A stretch of DNA of 15,658 bases from Archangium sp. (GTDB lineage Bacteria; Myxococcota; Myxococcia; Myxococcales; Myxococcaceae), in contig JANLPS010000442.1 in assembly GCA_031367385.1 (NCBI GenBank), positions 1-15,658 of the forward strand, read 5' to 3'. This document shows positions 7,868 through 15,658 of the stretch, one piece after another (within the stretch, counting starts at the first letter, position 1; each line of letters starts with the position of its first letter). The position numbers and the translations under genes were made by a program. Under the pieces are notes generated by a model. That model saw only the letters and a list, made by a program, of their open reading frames with translations. It made no database searches and had not been told where the DNA came from.

Positions 7868-10195
7868 TTGCGACACCACGTTCTGATAGCAGTCACGACG
7901 GTATTAACCATGGCTATTATCGCCATGGGTTGTATCGATTTCGACCTTCGCCTGGCTGACTGCAAGGCGGGCCGGGGTGGTTGCACGCCGGAGCTGCTGA
8001 TCGGGGCTCCAGACGCGGGCAATGCGTGCGACGGCGGCGCGTGCCCGACCTGCTCACCGGCCTGCGCCGTCGGCCAGACCTGTTTCGAGGGGGCCTGCCT
8101 GGGCCGCGCCTGTGTCGACGGCACCTGCTCGGCCGAACAAGTCTGCCTCGCCGGTCGCTGTACGCAGACGACGTGCCTGCGAACGCCGTGTGATGCGTCG
8201 TTTACCTGTGTTCATGGCGGCTGCGAGCCCCGGGCGTGCGGCGCGGTGACCTGTGCCGAGGGGTCTGCGTGCATTGAGGGTGCTTGCATCGATGTCAGCT
8301 GCGCGGGAGTCATCTGCGACGGCGGTCAATGCCGCAACGGGAGCTGCCAAACCACGAACCTCTGTCAGGGCAAGTTGCCCGGCGAAGCCTGCGAGCGCGA
8401 CCGCGTCTGCAGTCAAACCGGCGTCTGTGTTTCGTGCACGGCCGGCGTGTCGTGCACCAATAACGCGAACAAAGGCTGCTTCGCCGGCGTGGCCTCGTGC
8501 AGCAGCGGCGTGCAGAGCTGCGACGATGGCGAGCAGGCGAGGCCCGGCACCTCCTGCGGCCCGAAAGCGGTGTGCAACGCAGGCGGCCGATGTGTCGAGT
8601 GTGAGGCGGGCAAGGGGTGCTCGACCAACCCCTCGGCCTGTCGACTCGGCGTCATCGCCTGTGACACCGGTGGCTCGCTCTGTGTCGATGGCGACCCGAA
8701 GAAGTCGAGCGAACCCTGCGGTATCTCCTCGTTCTGCGACGGGGCAGGCTTTTGCGGCAGTTGCACCGTGGGTGAGGTTTGCACGAGTAACGCCAACCCG
8801 TGCTTGGCCGGAGTGACGACGTGCCCAAACGGCACCCGCGCCTGCGTCGACGGGGCCCCCAAAGCAGCGGGCACGACCTGCGGCCCCAACCAGGTCTGCG
8901 ATTCGGCGCATTCGTGTAATGCCTGCATGGTCGGCGAGGCATGCTCGACCAACCCGACCCGTTGCGCTTCGGGAGTCATCTCTTGCGGCAACGGAGTTCG
9001 CACCTGCATCGACGGCGCGCCCAAGGTCGCCGGGGCAAGCTGCGGCACCAACCAGGTCTGCGATTCGGCGCATTCGTGCAACGCCTGCACGGTGGGCGAG
9101 CCCTGCACGACCAACGCGAGCGCCTGCTTCGAAGGCGTCATCGCGTGCACCAACGGCCTCCGTTCATGCATCAACGGCGCGCCGAAGGCGGCCGGGGCCA
9201 GCTGCGGCACCAACCAGGTCTGCGATGCAACGCACGTCTGCACCGCCTGCACGGTGGGCGAGCCCTGCACGACAAACTCGAGCGCCTGCTTCGACGGGGT
9301 CGCCGCGTGCACCAACGGCGTTCGCTCCTGCGTCGACGGCGCGCCGAAGCCGGCCGGGGCCACCTGCGGCACCAACCAGGTCTGCGATGCCGCGCATGTC
9401 TGCAACGCCTGCACGGCGGGCGCGGCCTGCACCACCAACCCGAATGCCTGTTTCGACGGCGTCACCGCGTGCACCAACGGCGTTCGCTCCTGCGTCGACA
9501 GCGCGCCCAAGGCGACCGGGCGGAGCTGCGGCGTGAACCAGGTCTGCGACGCAGCCCACGTTTGCAGCGCCTGTACTGAAAACGCCGCATGCACGACCAA
9601 CCCCGGCGCTCCCTGCGCGGCCGGCAAAGCGCAGTGCGCGACAGGCCACCCGGTGTGCGTCGACGCGGCGGCCCCCCAGTCGCAAGTGTTCTACCGCGAC
9701 GCTGACGCCGATGGCTTCGGCAACCCCGCGCTGACCCAAACCGTGTGCGGTGCGAGCCCCCCGGCCCCGTCAGGCTACGTGGCCAACAAGACCGATTGCT
9801 GCGACGCCGACGCGCGCGTCAAGCCGGGGCAGACCGGCTCCTTCACAGACCCGCGCGCCTGCGGCGGGTTCGACTACGACTGCAGCGGTGCGGCCGAGGC
9901 GCAGTACACCAAGGGCTTCACCGGCTGCACGTTCACCGCGTTGTGCGATGCCAACGGGCTCGGAGAGCCGTGCAGCGTGGGAGGCGCACCAGGGTGGGGA
10001 GCTCCAGCAGCCGACGCCCAGAGCCGCAACAAGGCCTTCGTCACGACCAGCGCCGTGCCCGCGTGCGGCGCCAGCGGCACCTTCGTGAACGGCTGCGGCT
10101 TCGTCGGCAACTGCAGCGGAGACAACTGCGCCTGCAGCCACAAGACGGCCTGCGAATTCGACGTCGTCGCGTCGATGAAACAGCCCTGCCACTGA
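7868..10195 (+). CDS. Second Cys-rich repeat lipoprotein with 54-aa 8-Cys repeats and a C-terminal MopE-like putative metal-binding module
   Basis: In-frame TTG at 7868 gives MRHHVLIAVTTVLTMAIIAMG-C (lipoprotein-type signal); 7 full and 1 partial repeat; FYRDADADGFG..GYV..DCCDADARVKPG..DYDCSG. The ORF is open from 7685, but that extension looks non-coding. Confidence 0.85.
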   Translation: MRHHVLIAVTTVLTMAIIAMGCIDFDLRLADCKAGRGGCTPELLIGAPDAGNACDGGACPTCSPACAVGQTCFEGACLGRACVDGTCSAEQVCLAGRCTQTTCLRTPCDASFTCVHGGCEPRACGAVTCAEGSACIEGACIDVSCAGVICDGGQCRNGSCQTTNLCQGKLPGEACERDRVCSQTGVCVSCTAGVSCTNNANKGCFAGVASCSSGVQSCDDGEQARPGTSCGPKAVCNAGGRCVECEAGKGCSTNPSACRLGVIACDTGGSLCVDGDPKKSSEPCGISSFCDGAGFCGSCTVGEVCTSNANPCLAGVTTCPNGTRACVDGAPKAAGTTCGPNQVCDSAHSCNACMVGEACSTNPTRCASGVISCGNGVRTCIDGAPKVAGASCGTNQVCDSAHSCNACTVGEPCTTNASACFEGVIACTNGLRSCINGAPKAAGASCGTNQVCDATHVCTACTVGEPCTTNSSACFDGVAACTNGVRSCVDGAPKPAGATCGTNQVCDAAHVCNACTAGAACTTNPNACFDGVTACTNGVRSCVDSAPKATGRSCGVNQVCDAAHVCSACTENAACTTNPGAPCAAGKAQCATGHPVCVDAAAPQSQVFYRDADADGFGNPALTQTVCGASPPAPSGYVANKTDCCDADARVKPGQTGSFTDPRACGGFDYDCSGAAEAQYTKGFTGCTFTALCDANGLGEPCSVGGAPGWGAPAADAQSRNKAFVTTSAVPACGASGTFVNGCGFVGNCSGDNCACSHKTACEFDVVASMKQPCH
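8435..9670 (+). repeat. Intragenic tandem repeat, period 162 nt (54 aa)
   Basis: AACCAGGTCTGCGA starts at 8888, 9050, 9212, 9374 and 9536 (exactly 162 nt apart). More diverged copies lie upstream. Confidence 0.92.
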
Positions 10196-10200
10196 CCGAA

Positions 10201-10507
10201 GACGAACCCGAGTACCCATCGCCTTCTGCGACACGCCCCGAGGTGCCTGCTGCGCTCGATGCCATCGTGATGGGCTTGCTCGAAGGTGAGCTCGAGCGAC
10301 GAACTCCGTCTCAAGAGCGTGGTGCGCCGTCAACTATTCGACCTGCCCCGAGAACTGCTCGACGTCGATGCTGCACGCCGCAGCCTGGCAGCCGGAGTCG
10401 CCCGAGCCCGCACCTCTCCCGTCGTGGGCCCCTCGGCGCCGACATCGACCGTCGCGCTCACTACGAGAGAGGAGGCGACCACCACCCGCACCACTGTGAC
10501 GCGCTGA
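10201..10507 (+). pseudogene. Decayed 3' fragment of a Ser/Thr kinase gene (subdomain XI and tail)
   Basis: PSPSATRPEVPAALDAIVMGLLEGELERRTPS parallels RPRERNPEVPLELDAIVAKAMSKDRADR of the intact kinase. It apparently continues after a frameshift near 10312 (KSVVRRQLFDL...) to TGA 10505-10507. No start or catalytic subdomains. Confidence 0.65.
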
Positions 10508-10526
10508 GCGTGCTCGGCCGCCGCCC

Positions 10527-13500
10527 TCAGAACGACCGAGCGCGAATGTGCACCGTGACCTCGGCGGGCTTCGAGCTCAGCGCGCCGTCGAACGCGACGA
10601 ACTGAAACGCCAGCTGCTGGGCCTCGACCCCATCGGTGGTGAACACGAAATCACCCGTGCGTTCATCGAGCTTCACCCGCCCGCCCGACGGCTGGTCGAC
10701 GATGCGAAAGCTCAGCTTGGGGCTCTCGCGGTCGTACCCGCGCAACCGGCCGGTGACGCTGCCGCTCGCCGGAGCAATCAAGTCGTCAGGCATCGCCACC
10801 GGCGGGTCATCAACCGGGCGAATCGTCAGCGCCACCACGCCCGTCGCGTTGGCGGCATCACCATCTGAGGCGGTGAAGCGAAACTCGTCTTTCCCCGAGT
10901 AGTTCGCGGCTGGCAGGTACTCGAAGGTACCCTTCGACGCGTCGAGCACCGTCACCGTGCCGTGCGCCGGAGCGCGTGAGACCACGAAGGTCAGCGCGTC
11001 TCCATCGACGTCGGTCGCGTGAAAAACACCGCGCACCGGCACGTCTTCGTCATCGCTGAGCTCGGCGTTGGCGGCCACCGGCGCATCATTCTGGGCCTGC
11101 ACCTCGACCTGCACGACCACCGGCGCCGACCTCAAGACGCCGTCGCTCACCGCGACCGTGAAGCTCGCCGAGCCATGCCAGTCTTTCGGAGCCTCGAACC
11201 GTGCCTTGCCAGTCGCGGCATCGACGGTCGCCCGCCCCACCTTGGCCTGCTCGAGCATCACGTACTTCAGCGCGTCGCCATCGACATCGCTGCCGCGCAG
11301 CTGCCCCTCGGCGACCTGGTCTTCGACGCTCTTCAGCTCGAGGTTCGCCAACACCGGCGCGTCATTGACCGGCGAGACGTGAATCTTCATCACGCCCTTC
11401 ACCGCGGTGGTGCCGTCGGTCACTTCGAAGGCGAGCGCATCATCGCCATTCAGATCGTGCCCGGGGGTCAGCTTCCACGCGCCGGTCGCGGCGTCGAGCA
11501 AGACGGCTTCTCCCAACTTGGGCGCCGAGAGCAGGCGAAAGGTCAGCTTGTCGCCGTCAGGGTCGAAGCCGGGCAGCGTGCCTTCACCCACCGTGTCTTC
11601 GGCGGTCTCGAGCGTCGCGGCCGAGACCCGCGGAGCATCGGCCACCGCGGTCACCGTCACGCTCACCTGGGCGCTCGCCGTCGCGGCGCCATCATTGACC
11701 TCGACGACGAAGCCATCGGTGCCATTGAAGTCGGGCGCGGGCATGAACGTGACTGCTCCCGACTTGGCATCGACGCTCGCCGTGCCATGCGCCGCCGGCG
11801 CGCTCACCCGGTACGACAACGCATCGCCATCGACATCGATGGCCACGACCGCGCCCTTGACCGACGTGTCTTCAGGCGTGCTCAAGGCGACCGACTTGGT
11901 CACTGGCGCGTCGTTCACCGACACCACCTCGAGCGAAACGGCGGTCAGCGGTGAAACCAGCGCGCCATCAGAGACCTCGAAGCTGAACCCATCTTTGCCG
12001 TGGTAGTCGCGCGCCGGCTGGTAGCTGAACGCGCCGGTCTTGGGGTTGAGGGTGAGCTCTCCGTGCTTGGGCTTGGCCTCGACCCGAACCGTGAGCACGT
12101 CGCGCTCGACGTCGCTGAAGCTGACCTGGCCCTCGAGCTTCTCGTCTTCATTGACCGAGAACGCGCCGACCTGTGCGACCGGAGCGTCGTTGACCGCCGC
12201 CACCGTCACCGCCACGACGGCTTGAACCGAGGCGTTGCCATCGCTGACCTCGAGCTCGAAGCTGTCAGCGCCGTTCGTGTTGAGCGACGGCGTGTACCGC
12301 AGCTGCCCGGTCTTCGCGTCGAGCTCGACCACGCCATGCGCCGGCTGCGTCTTGAGCAGGTACGACAAGGTGTCACCGTCGACATCGTTGGCGAGCAGCG
12401 TGCCTTTGACCGCGGTGTCTTCGGCCGTCGACAACGCGAGCGGCTTGGCCACCGGCGCGTCGTTGACCGCGTTCACCGTCAGCGTGACGGCGGCGTGCGA
12501 GGTGAGTGCGCCGTCTGAAACCTCGAACGAGAACTCATCGGCCCCGTGAAAATCTCGCGCGGGCACGTAGCTCGAGGCGCCGGTGGGGCCAATGGTCAGC
12601 GCTCCGTGCTTCGGTGCGGTCAGCACCCGGTAGGCCAGCGTCGCGTTGTCGACGTCGGTTGCTTGGAGTTGGCCAGTCAGCTTGGTGTCTTCATCAACCG
12701 AGAACGAAGCCGCGCTCGCCACCGGAGCATCATTGACCGCGGCCACCGCCACCTTCACCTCGACCGGCACGCTGGCCTGCCCGTCACTGACCTCGACGGT
12801 GAACGCGTCGGCGCCGTTGAAGTCGCGCGCGGGGAGGTAAGTCACTTTCCCACTCTTGGCGTCGACCTGGGCCTCGCCATGCGCGGCGCCCGACTTCACT
12901 GAGTAGGTGAGCACGTCACCGTCGACATCGGCCGCGCTGATGGCGCCCTTCGCGGCGACGTCTTCAGTCGTCGTCAGCGAGACCGTGGCCGCGACCGGCG
13001 CATCGTTTACCGCGTTGACGGTCAGACCGACGGCGGCGTGCGAGGTGAGCGCGCCATCGGAGACCTCGAACGCGAGCTCATCAACGCCGTGAAAATCGCG
13101 CGCGGGCAGATAGCTCAGGGCGCCAGTGGGGCTGATGGTGAGCGCTCCGTGCTTCGGCGCGGTCAGCACGCGGTAGGTCAGCGTCGCGTTGTCGACGTCG
13201 GTCGCCTGCAGCTGCGCGGTGAGCTTCGCGTCTTCATCGAGCGAGAACGTGGCCGCGCTCGCGACCGGAGCATCGTTGACCGCGCTCACCGCGACTTTCA
13301 CCTCGACCGCGACGCTGGCCTGACCGTCACTCACCTCGACGGTGAACGCATCGGCCCCGCTGAAGTCGTGCACAGGGAGGTAGGTCAATTTCCCACTCTT
13401 GGCATCGACCTGGGCCTCGCCGTGCGCCGCGCCAGACTTCACCGAGTAGGTGAGCGCATCGCCGTCGACATCGGTGGCGAGCACGGCCCCTTTCGCGGGG

Positions 13501-14474
13501 GCATCTTCAGTCGTCACCAGCGAGACCGCAGCCGCGACCGGCGCATCGTTGAGCGGGTTCACGGTGATGGTCGCCGCGGCGTGAGCGGTGAGCGAGCCGT
13601 CTGAGACCTCGAACGCAAAGTCATCAGCACCGTGAAAGTCGCGCACCGGTACATAGGTCACCGCGCCTGAGGCCGTGACCGTGAGCGCACCGTGCTTGGG
13701 CGCAGCAGCGACTCGAAAGGTCAGCGTCGCGTTGTCGACATCGGTCGCCGCGAGTTGCCCGGTCAGCTTCGCGTCTTCGTCGACCGTGAATGACGCAGCG
13801 CTGGCCACCGGAGCGTCATTGACCGCGCTCACCGAAACCTTGACCTCGGCGTTCGCGCTCAGCTGCCCGTCGCTGACTTCGAGGGTGAAGGCGTCGGCTC
13901 CGTTGAAGTCGAGCGCGGGGGTGTAGGCAACTCTGCCCGTCGCTTCGTCAACCGTCGCGACGCCGTGCGCAGGCGCAGTCTCGACGACAGTGTGCAGTGA
14001 GTCGCCGTCGACATCTCGGGTGGCGATCACCCCAGACACCGTCGAGTCTTCTTTCACCGTCAGCGCGAGCGGGCTGGCGGTGGGCGCGTCGTTCACTTCT
14101 GCAATGTGCACCATCACTTTGGTCGACCCACCGTTGAGGTCGATCACCAGCGCGTCGTCACCGTGAAAGTTGTGCGCCGGCATGTAGACCAAGGTGGCGC
14201 CGTCCATGCGGGCGGCTCCGTGTGCGGGCTTGGTTTTCACGCTGGGTTTGGGGGCTTTCGCCACGAGCTCGGTCGTGAGCGCTTCGCGTACCTCTGTGTC
14301 TTCGGTGCCTTTGAGCTCGAGCACGGCCGGAGCCGGTGCGTCAGCGAACGCAACCGGCGCGGCAAGGGTGCCTATTGACGCAACAAAGAACCATGTTGAC
14401 ATTGTTCGCGCGGCCCCCCGTGAGAGGGAGACTGCTGCACGAAGGGGCCAGAGAACCGATTCAGCGAGTCGCAT
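10527..14474 (-). CDS. Secreted tandem-95 / Ig-like (Big_9, cadherin-like) repeat protein, 14 domains, putative Ca-binding surface protein or adhesin
   Basis: Signal peptide ending PVAFA; repeated VNDAPVA..ED..ATDVDGD.LTY..HG..TY.P..DF.G.D.F..EVSDG units of about 90 aa. Alternative start ATG at 14402. Confidence 0.92.
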   Translation of the reverse strand: MRLAESVLWPLRAAVSLSRGAARTMSTWFFVASIGTLAAPVAFADAPAPAVLELKGTEDTEVREALTTELVAKAPKPSVKTKPAHGAARMDGATLVYMPAHNFHGDDALVIDLNGGSTKVMVHIAEVNDAPTASPLALTVKEDSTVSGVIATRDVDGDSLHTVVETAPAHGVATVDEATGRVAYTPALDFNGADAFTLEVSDGQLSANAEVKVSVSAVNDAPVASAASFTVDEDAKLTGQLAATDVDNATLTFRVAAAPKHGALTVTASGAVTYVPVRDFHGADDFAFEVSDGSLTAHAAATITVNPLNDAPVAAAVSLVTTEDAPAKGAVLATDVDGDALTYSVKSGAAHGEAQVDAKSGKLTYLPVHDFSGADAFTVEVSDGQASVAVEVKVAVSAVNDAPVASAATFSLDEDAKLTAQLQATDVDNATLTYRVLTAPKHGALTISPTGALSYLPARDFHGVDELAFEVSDGALTSHAAVGLTVNAVNDAPVAATVSLTTTEDVAAKGAISAADVDGDVLTYSVKSGAAHGEAQVDAKSGKVTYLPARDFNGADAFTVEVSDGQASVPVEVKVAVAAVNDAPVASAASFSVDEDTKLTGQLQATDVDNATLAYRVLTAPKHGALTIGPTGASSYVPARDFHGADEFSFEVSDGALTSHAAVTLTVNAVNDAPVAKPLALSTAEDTAVKGTLLANDVDGDTLSYLLKTQPAHGVVELDAKTGQLRYTPSLNTNGADSFELEVSDGNASVQAVVAVTVAAVNDAPVAQVGAFSVNEDEKLEGQVSFSDVERDVLTVRVEAKPKHGELTLNPKTGAFSYQPARDYHGKDGFSFEVSDGALVSPLTAVSLEVVSVNDAPVTKSVALSTPEDTSVKGAVVAIDVDGDALSYRVSAPAAHGTASVDAKSGAVTFMPAPDFNGTDGFVVEVNDGAATASAQVSVTVTAVADAPRVSAATLETAEDTVGEGTLPGFDPDGDKLTFRLLSAPKLGEAVLLDAATGAWKLTPGHDLNGDDALAFEVTDGTTAVKGVMKIHVSPVNDAPVLANLELKSVEDQVAEGQLRGSDVDGDALKYVMLEQAKVGRATVDAATGKARFEAPKDWHGSASFTVAVSDGVLRSAPVVVQVEVQAQNDAPVAANAELSDDEDVPVRGVFHATDVDGDALTFVVSRAPAHGTVTVLDASKGTFEYLPAANYSGKDEFRFTASDGDAANATGVVALTIRPVDDPPVAMPDDLIAPASGSVTGRLRGYDRESPKLSFRIVDQPSGGRVKLDERTGDFVFTTDGVEAQQLAFQFVAFDGALSSKPAEVTVHIRARSF
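12454..13821 (-). repeat. Higher-order two-domain repeat, period 543 nt (181 aa)
   Basis: GTTGTCGAC (DVDN) at 12645, 13188 and 13731. Domains 3/5/7 form one similarity class and domains 4/6 another. Confidence 0.88.
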
Positions 14475-14538
14475 GTGACGTCGCTGTGCACGTTGCGGTC
14501 CACCGCGAAATCACTGCACGGTGTGCGCAGGTGTGAGC

Positions 14539-15501
14539 TCAGTCGCCGTGATCAGGCGGGTCGGGAATTTCGTCTTCTTCATCGAACCCACGAGCCTCTG
14601 GCACGGCCTCGAGCGACTCTGGCGTCTTCGCCGCTCCGCTCTTGGCCTCGGGAGCGCCCTCTTTCGAGGTCACGTACCACTGCCGGCCCTGCTGCAGCCG
14701 CGTGCACAACCCGGCTTTCTCCATCGCCTCGAGCAAGCGGCTGAAGGTCGAAAACCCGGCCTCTCGCTCGTCGAAGTCGGGCTCTTTGCGCACGATGGTC
14801 TCTTTGATGAGCGACGGGTTGATCGGCCCAGTCGCCCTCGACAGCAGGCTCGCGACCACCTCGCGTGCAATCAACGGTATCTCGCGAGGCGCGCGCTTGC
14901 CGCCACCCGAGCTGCTCGAGCTGCCGCTGCTGGGAGGCGTGGTCGCGCTGCCGGTCTCGGTGACCGCGTTGCCGCTGACCGTCGAACGCTCACCCGAGCC
15001 GCCGCGCGAGCGCCGGTGCCGGCCCTCGGAGCGCCCTTCGCTCTTCAGGTAGATGAACTCGTCGCAGGCCTTGACGAAGAACGGTGAGGTGGCCTCCTTG
15101 ACCGCCAGGCCAATCACGAACTTGTCGTTCTCGCGCAGCTTGTAGGCCAGCGGGCAGAAGTCGCTGTCACCCGAGGCGATCACGAAGGTGTCGATGTGGT
15201 GGCGGGCGTAGTTCAGCTCGAGCGCGTCGATGACCAGGCGCATGTCGGCGCCGTTCTTGCCGGCGCGGGTAGAGGGCGGCACGTCGACCAGCTCGACTCC
15301 GAACTCGTGCAGGTGGGCCTTGGCGTCTTGAAAGCGAGACCAGTCGCAATACGCGCGGCGAAAGATGATTTTGCCCTTCTCGAGCAAGCGGTCGAGCGAA
15401 GGCTGGAGGTTGAAGTTGGCGGCAGTGATGCCAGTGTTCGTGACCAGGTTCTCGAAGTCGACGAACAGGGCAATGCGGCGTTCTGTAGAAGTTTCAATCA
15501 C
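14539..15501 (-). CDS. NYN domain (LabA/DUF88, PIN-like) protein with C-terminal OST-HTH/LOTUS domain
   Basis: IALFVDFEN, RRAYCDW, GKNGADMRLVIDA, FVIASGDSDFCPL, ACDEFIY; Ser/Gly/Arg linker; LIKETIVRKEPDFDEREAGFSTFSRLLEAM. GTG start preceded by GAGGGG. Confidence 0.93.
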   Translation of the reverse strand: MIETSTERRIALFVDFENLVTNTGITAANFNLQPSLDRLLEKGKIIFRRAYCDWSRFQDAKAHLHEFGVELVDVPPSTRAGKNGADMRLVIDALELNYARHHIDTFVIASGDSDFCPLAYKLRENDKFVIGLAVKEATSPFFVKACDEFIYLKSEGRSEGRHRRSRGGSGERSTVSGNAVTETGSATTPPSSGSSSSSGGGKRAPREIPLIAREVVASLLSRATGPINPSLIKETIVRKEPDFDEREAGFSTFSRLLEAMEKAGLCTRLQQGRQWYVTSKEGAPEAKSGAAKTPESLEAVPEARGFDEEDEIPDPPDHGD

Positions 15502-15519
15502 GGCCCCTCATCGCACGAG

Positions 15520-15658
15520 TCAGCCCTTTTTGTTTCGATTTCGCCTCATTTGTTCGGCGAGATCGGCTTTGAGGGCGGGGTCGGTTTTGCCGGCGTCGAT
15601 GCCCTCGGCCGAGCGCGCCTGCCCGAGGGCGACCGCGGGCCTGTGCGCTGGCGTGAAG
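15520..15658 (-). CDS. 3' end of an upstream gene (partial; ...GIDAGKTDPALKADLAEQMRRNRNKKG*)
   Basis: Open frame with high GC3 from the window edge to TGA at 15520-15522, 18 nt before the NYN start. Confidence 0.6.
   Translation of the reverse strand, partial: FTPAHRPAVALGQARSAEGIDAGKTDPALKADLAEQMRRNRNKKG

Noticed and set aside
8888..9550. Regularly spaced DNA repeats as a CRISPR array
   Set aside because: The 162-nt in-frame period lies inside a CDS, the intervening sequences are homologous rather than unique spacers, and no cas genes are present.
278..15497. Numerous long antisense and alternate-frame ORFs (e.g. 278-1189, 5127-6317, 8413-9627, 11019-11954)
   Set aside because: Expected shadows of high-GC coding genes, with no recognisable motifs.
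1..15658. Mobile element, diversity-generating retroelement or defence island explaining the repeats and remnants
   Set aside because: No transposase, integrase, reverse transcriptase, terminal repeats or template/variable repeat pair were seen. NYN alone is not evidence of defence.

Overview
GC-rich bacterial DNA whose gene content (HRDxSPxN Ser/Thr kinase with PEGA domains, Cys-rich repeat lipoproteins with DAG/DGG linkers, TPR-plus-membrane-hairpin protein) points to a myxobacterium (Myxococcota; inference). From left to right: possible start of a divergent gene; an Old Yellow Enzyme-family NADH:flavin oxidoreductase; a frameshifted SRPBCC pseudogene; a lipoprotein with apparent remote YukJ/DUF2278 similarity; a short gene remnant; a membrane Ser/Thr kinase divergent from a translationally coupled TPR protein + Cys-rich repeat lipoprotein pair; a second, unrelated Cys-rich repeat lipoprotein; a decayed 3' fragment of another kinase; a secreted protein made of 14 Ig-like/cadherin-like (tandem-95) domains; an NYN-LOTUS protein; and the 3' end of an upstream gene. 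The best candidate for an under-described system is the kinase / TPR-hairpin / Cys-repeat lipoprotein cassette, which shows signs of repeat expansion and gene turnover. No rRNA, tRNA, CRISPR array or transposase was seen. All family calls are from motifs read by eye, not from database searches.
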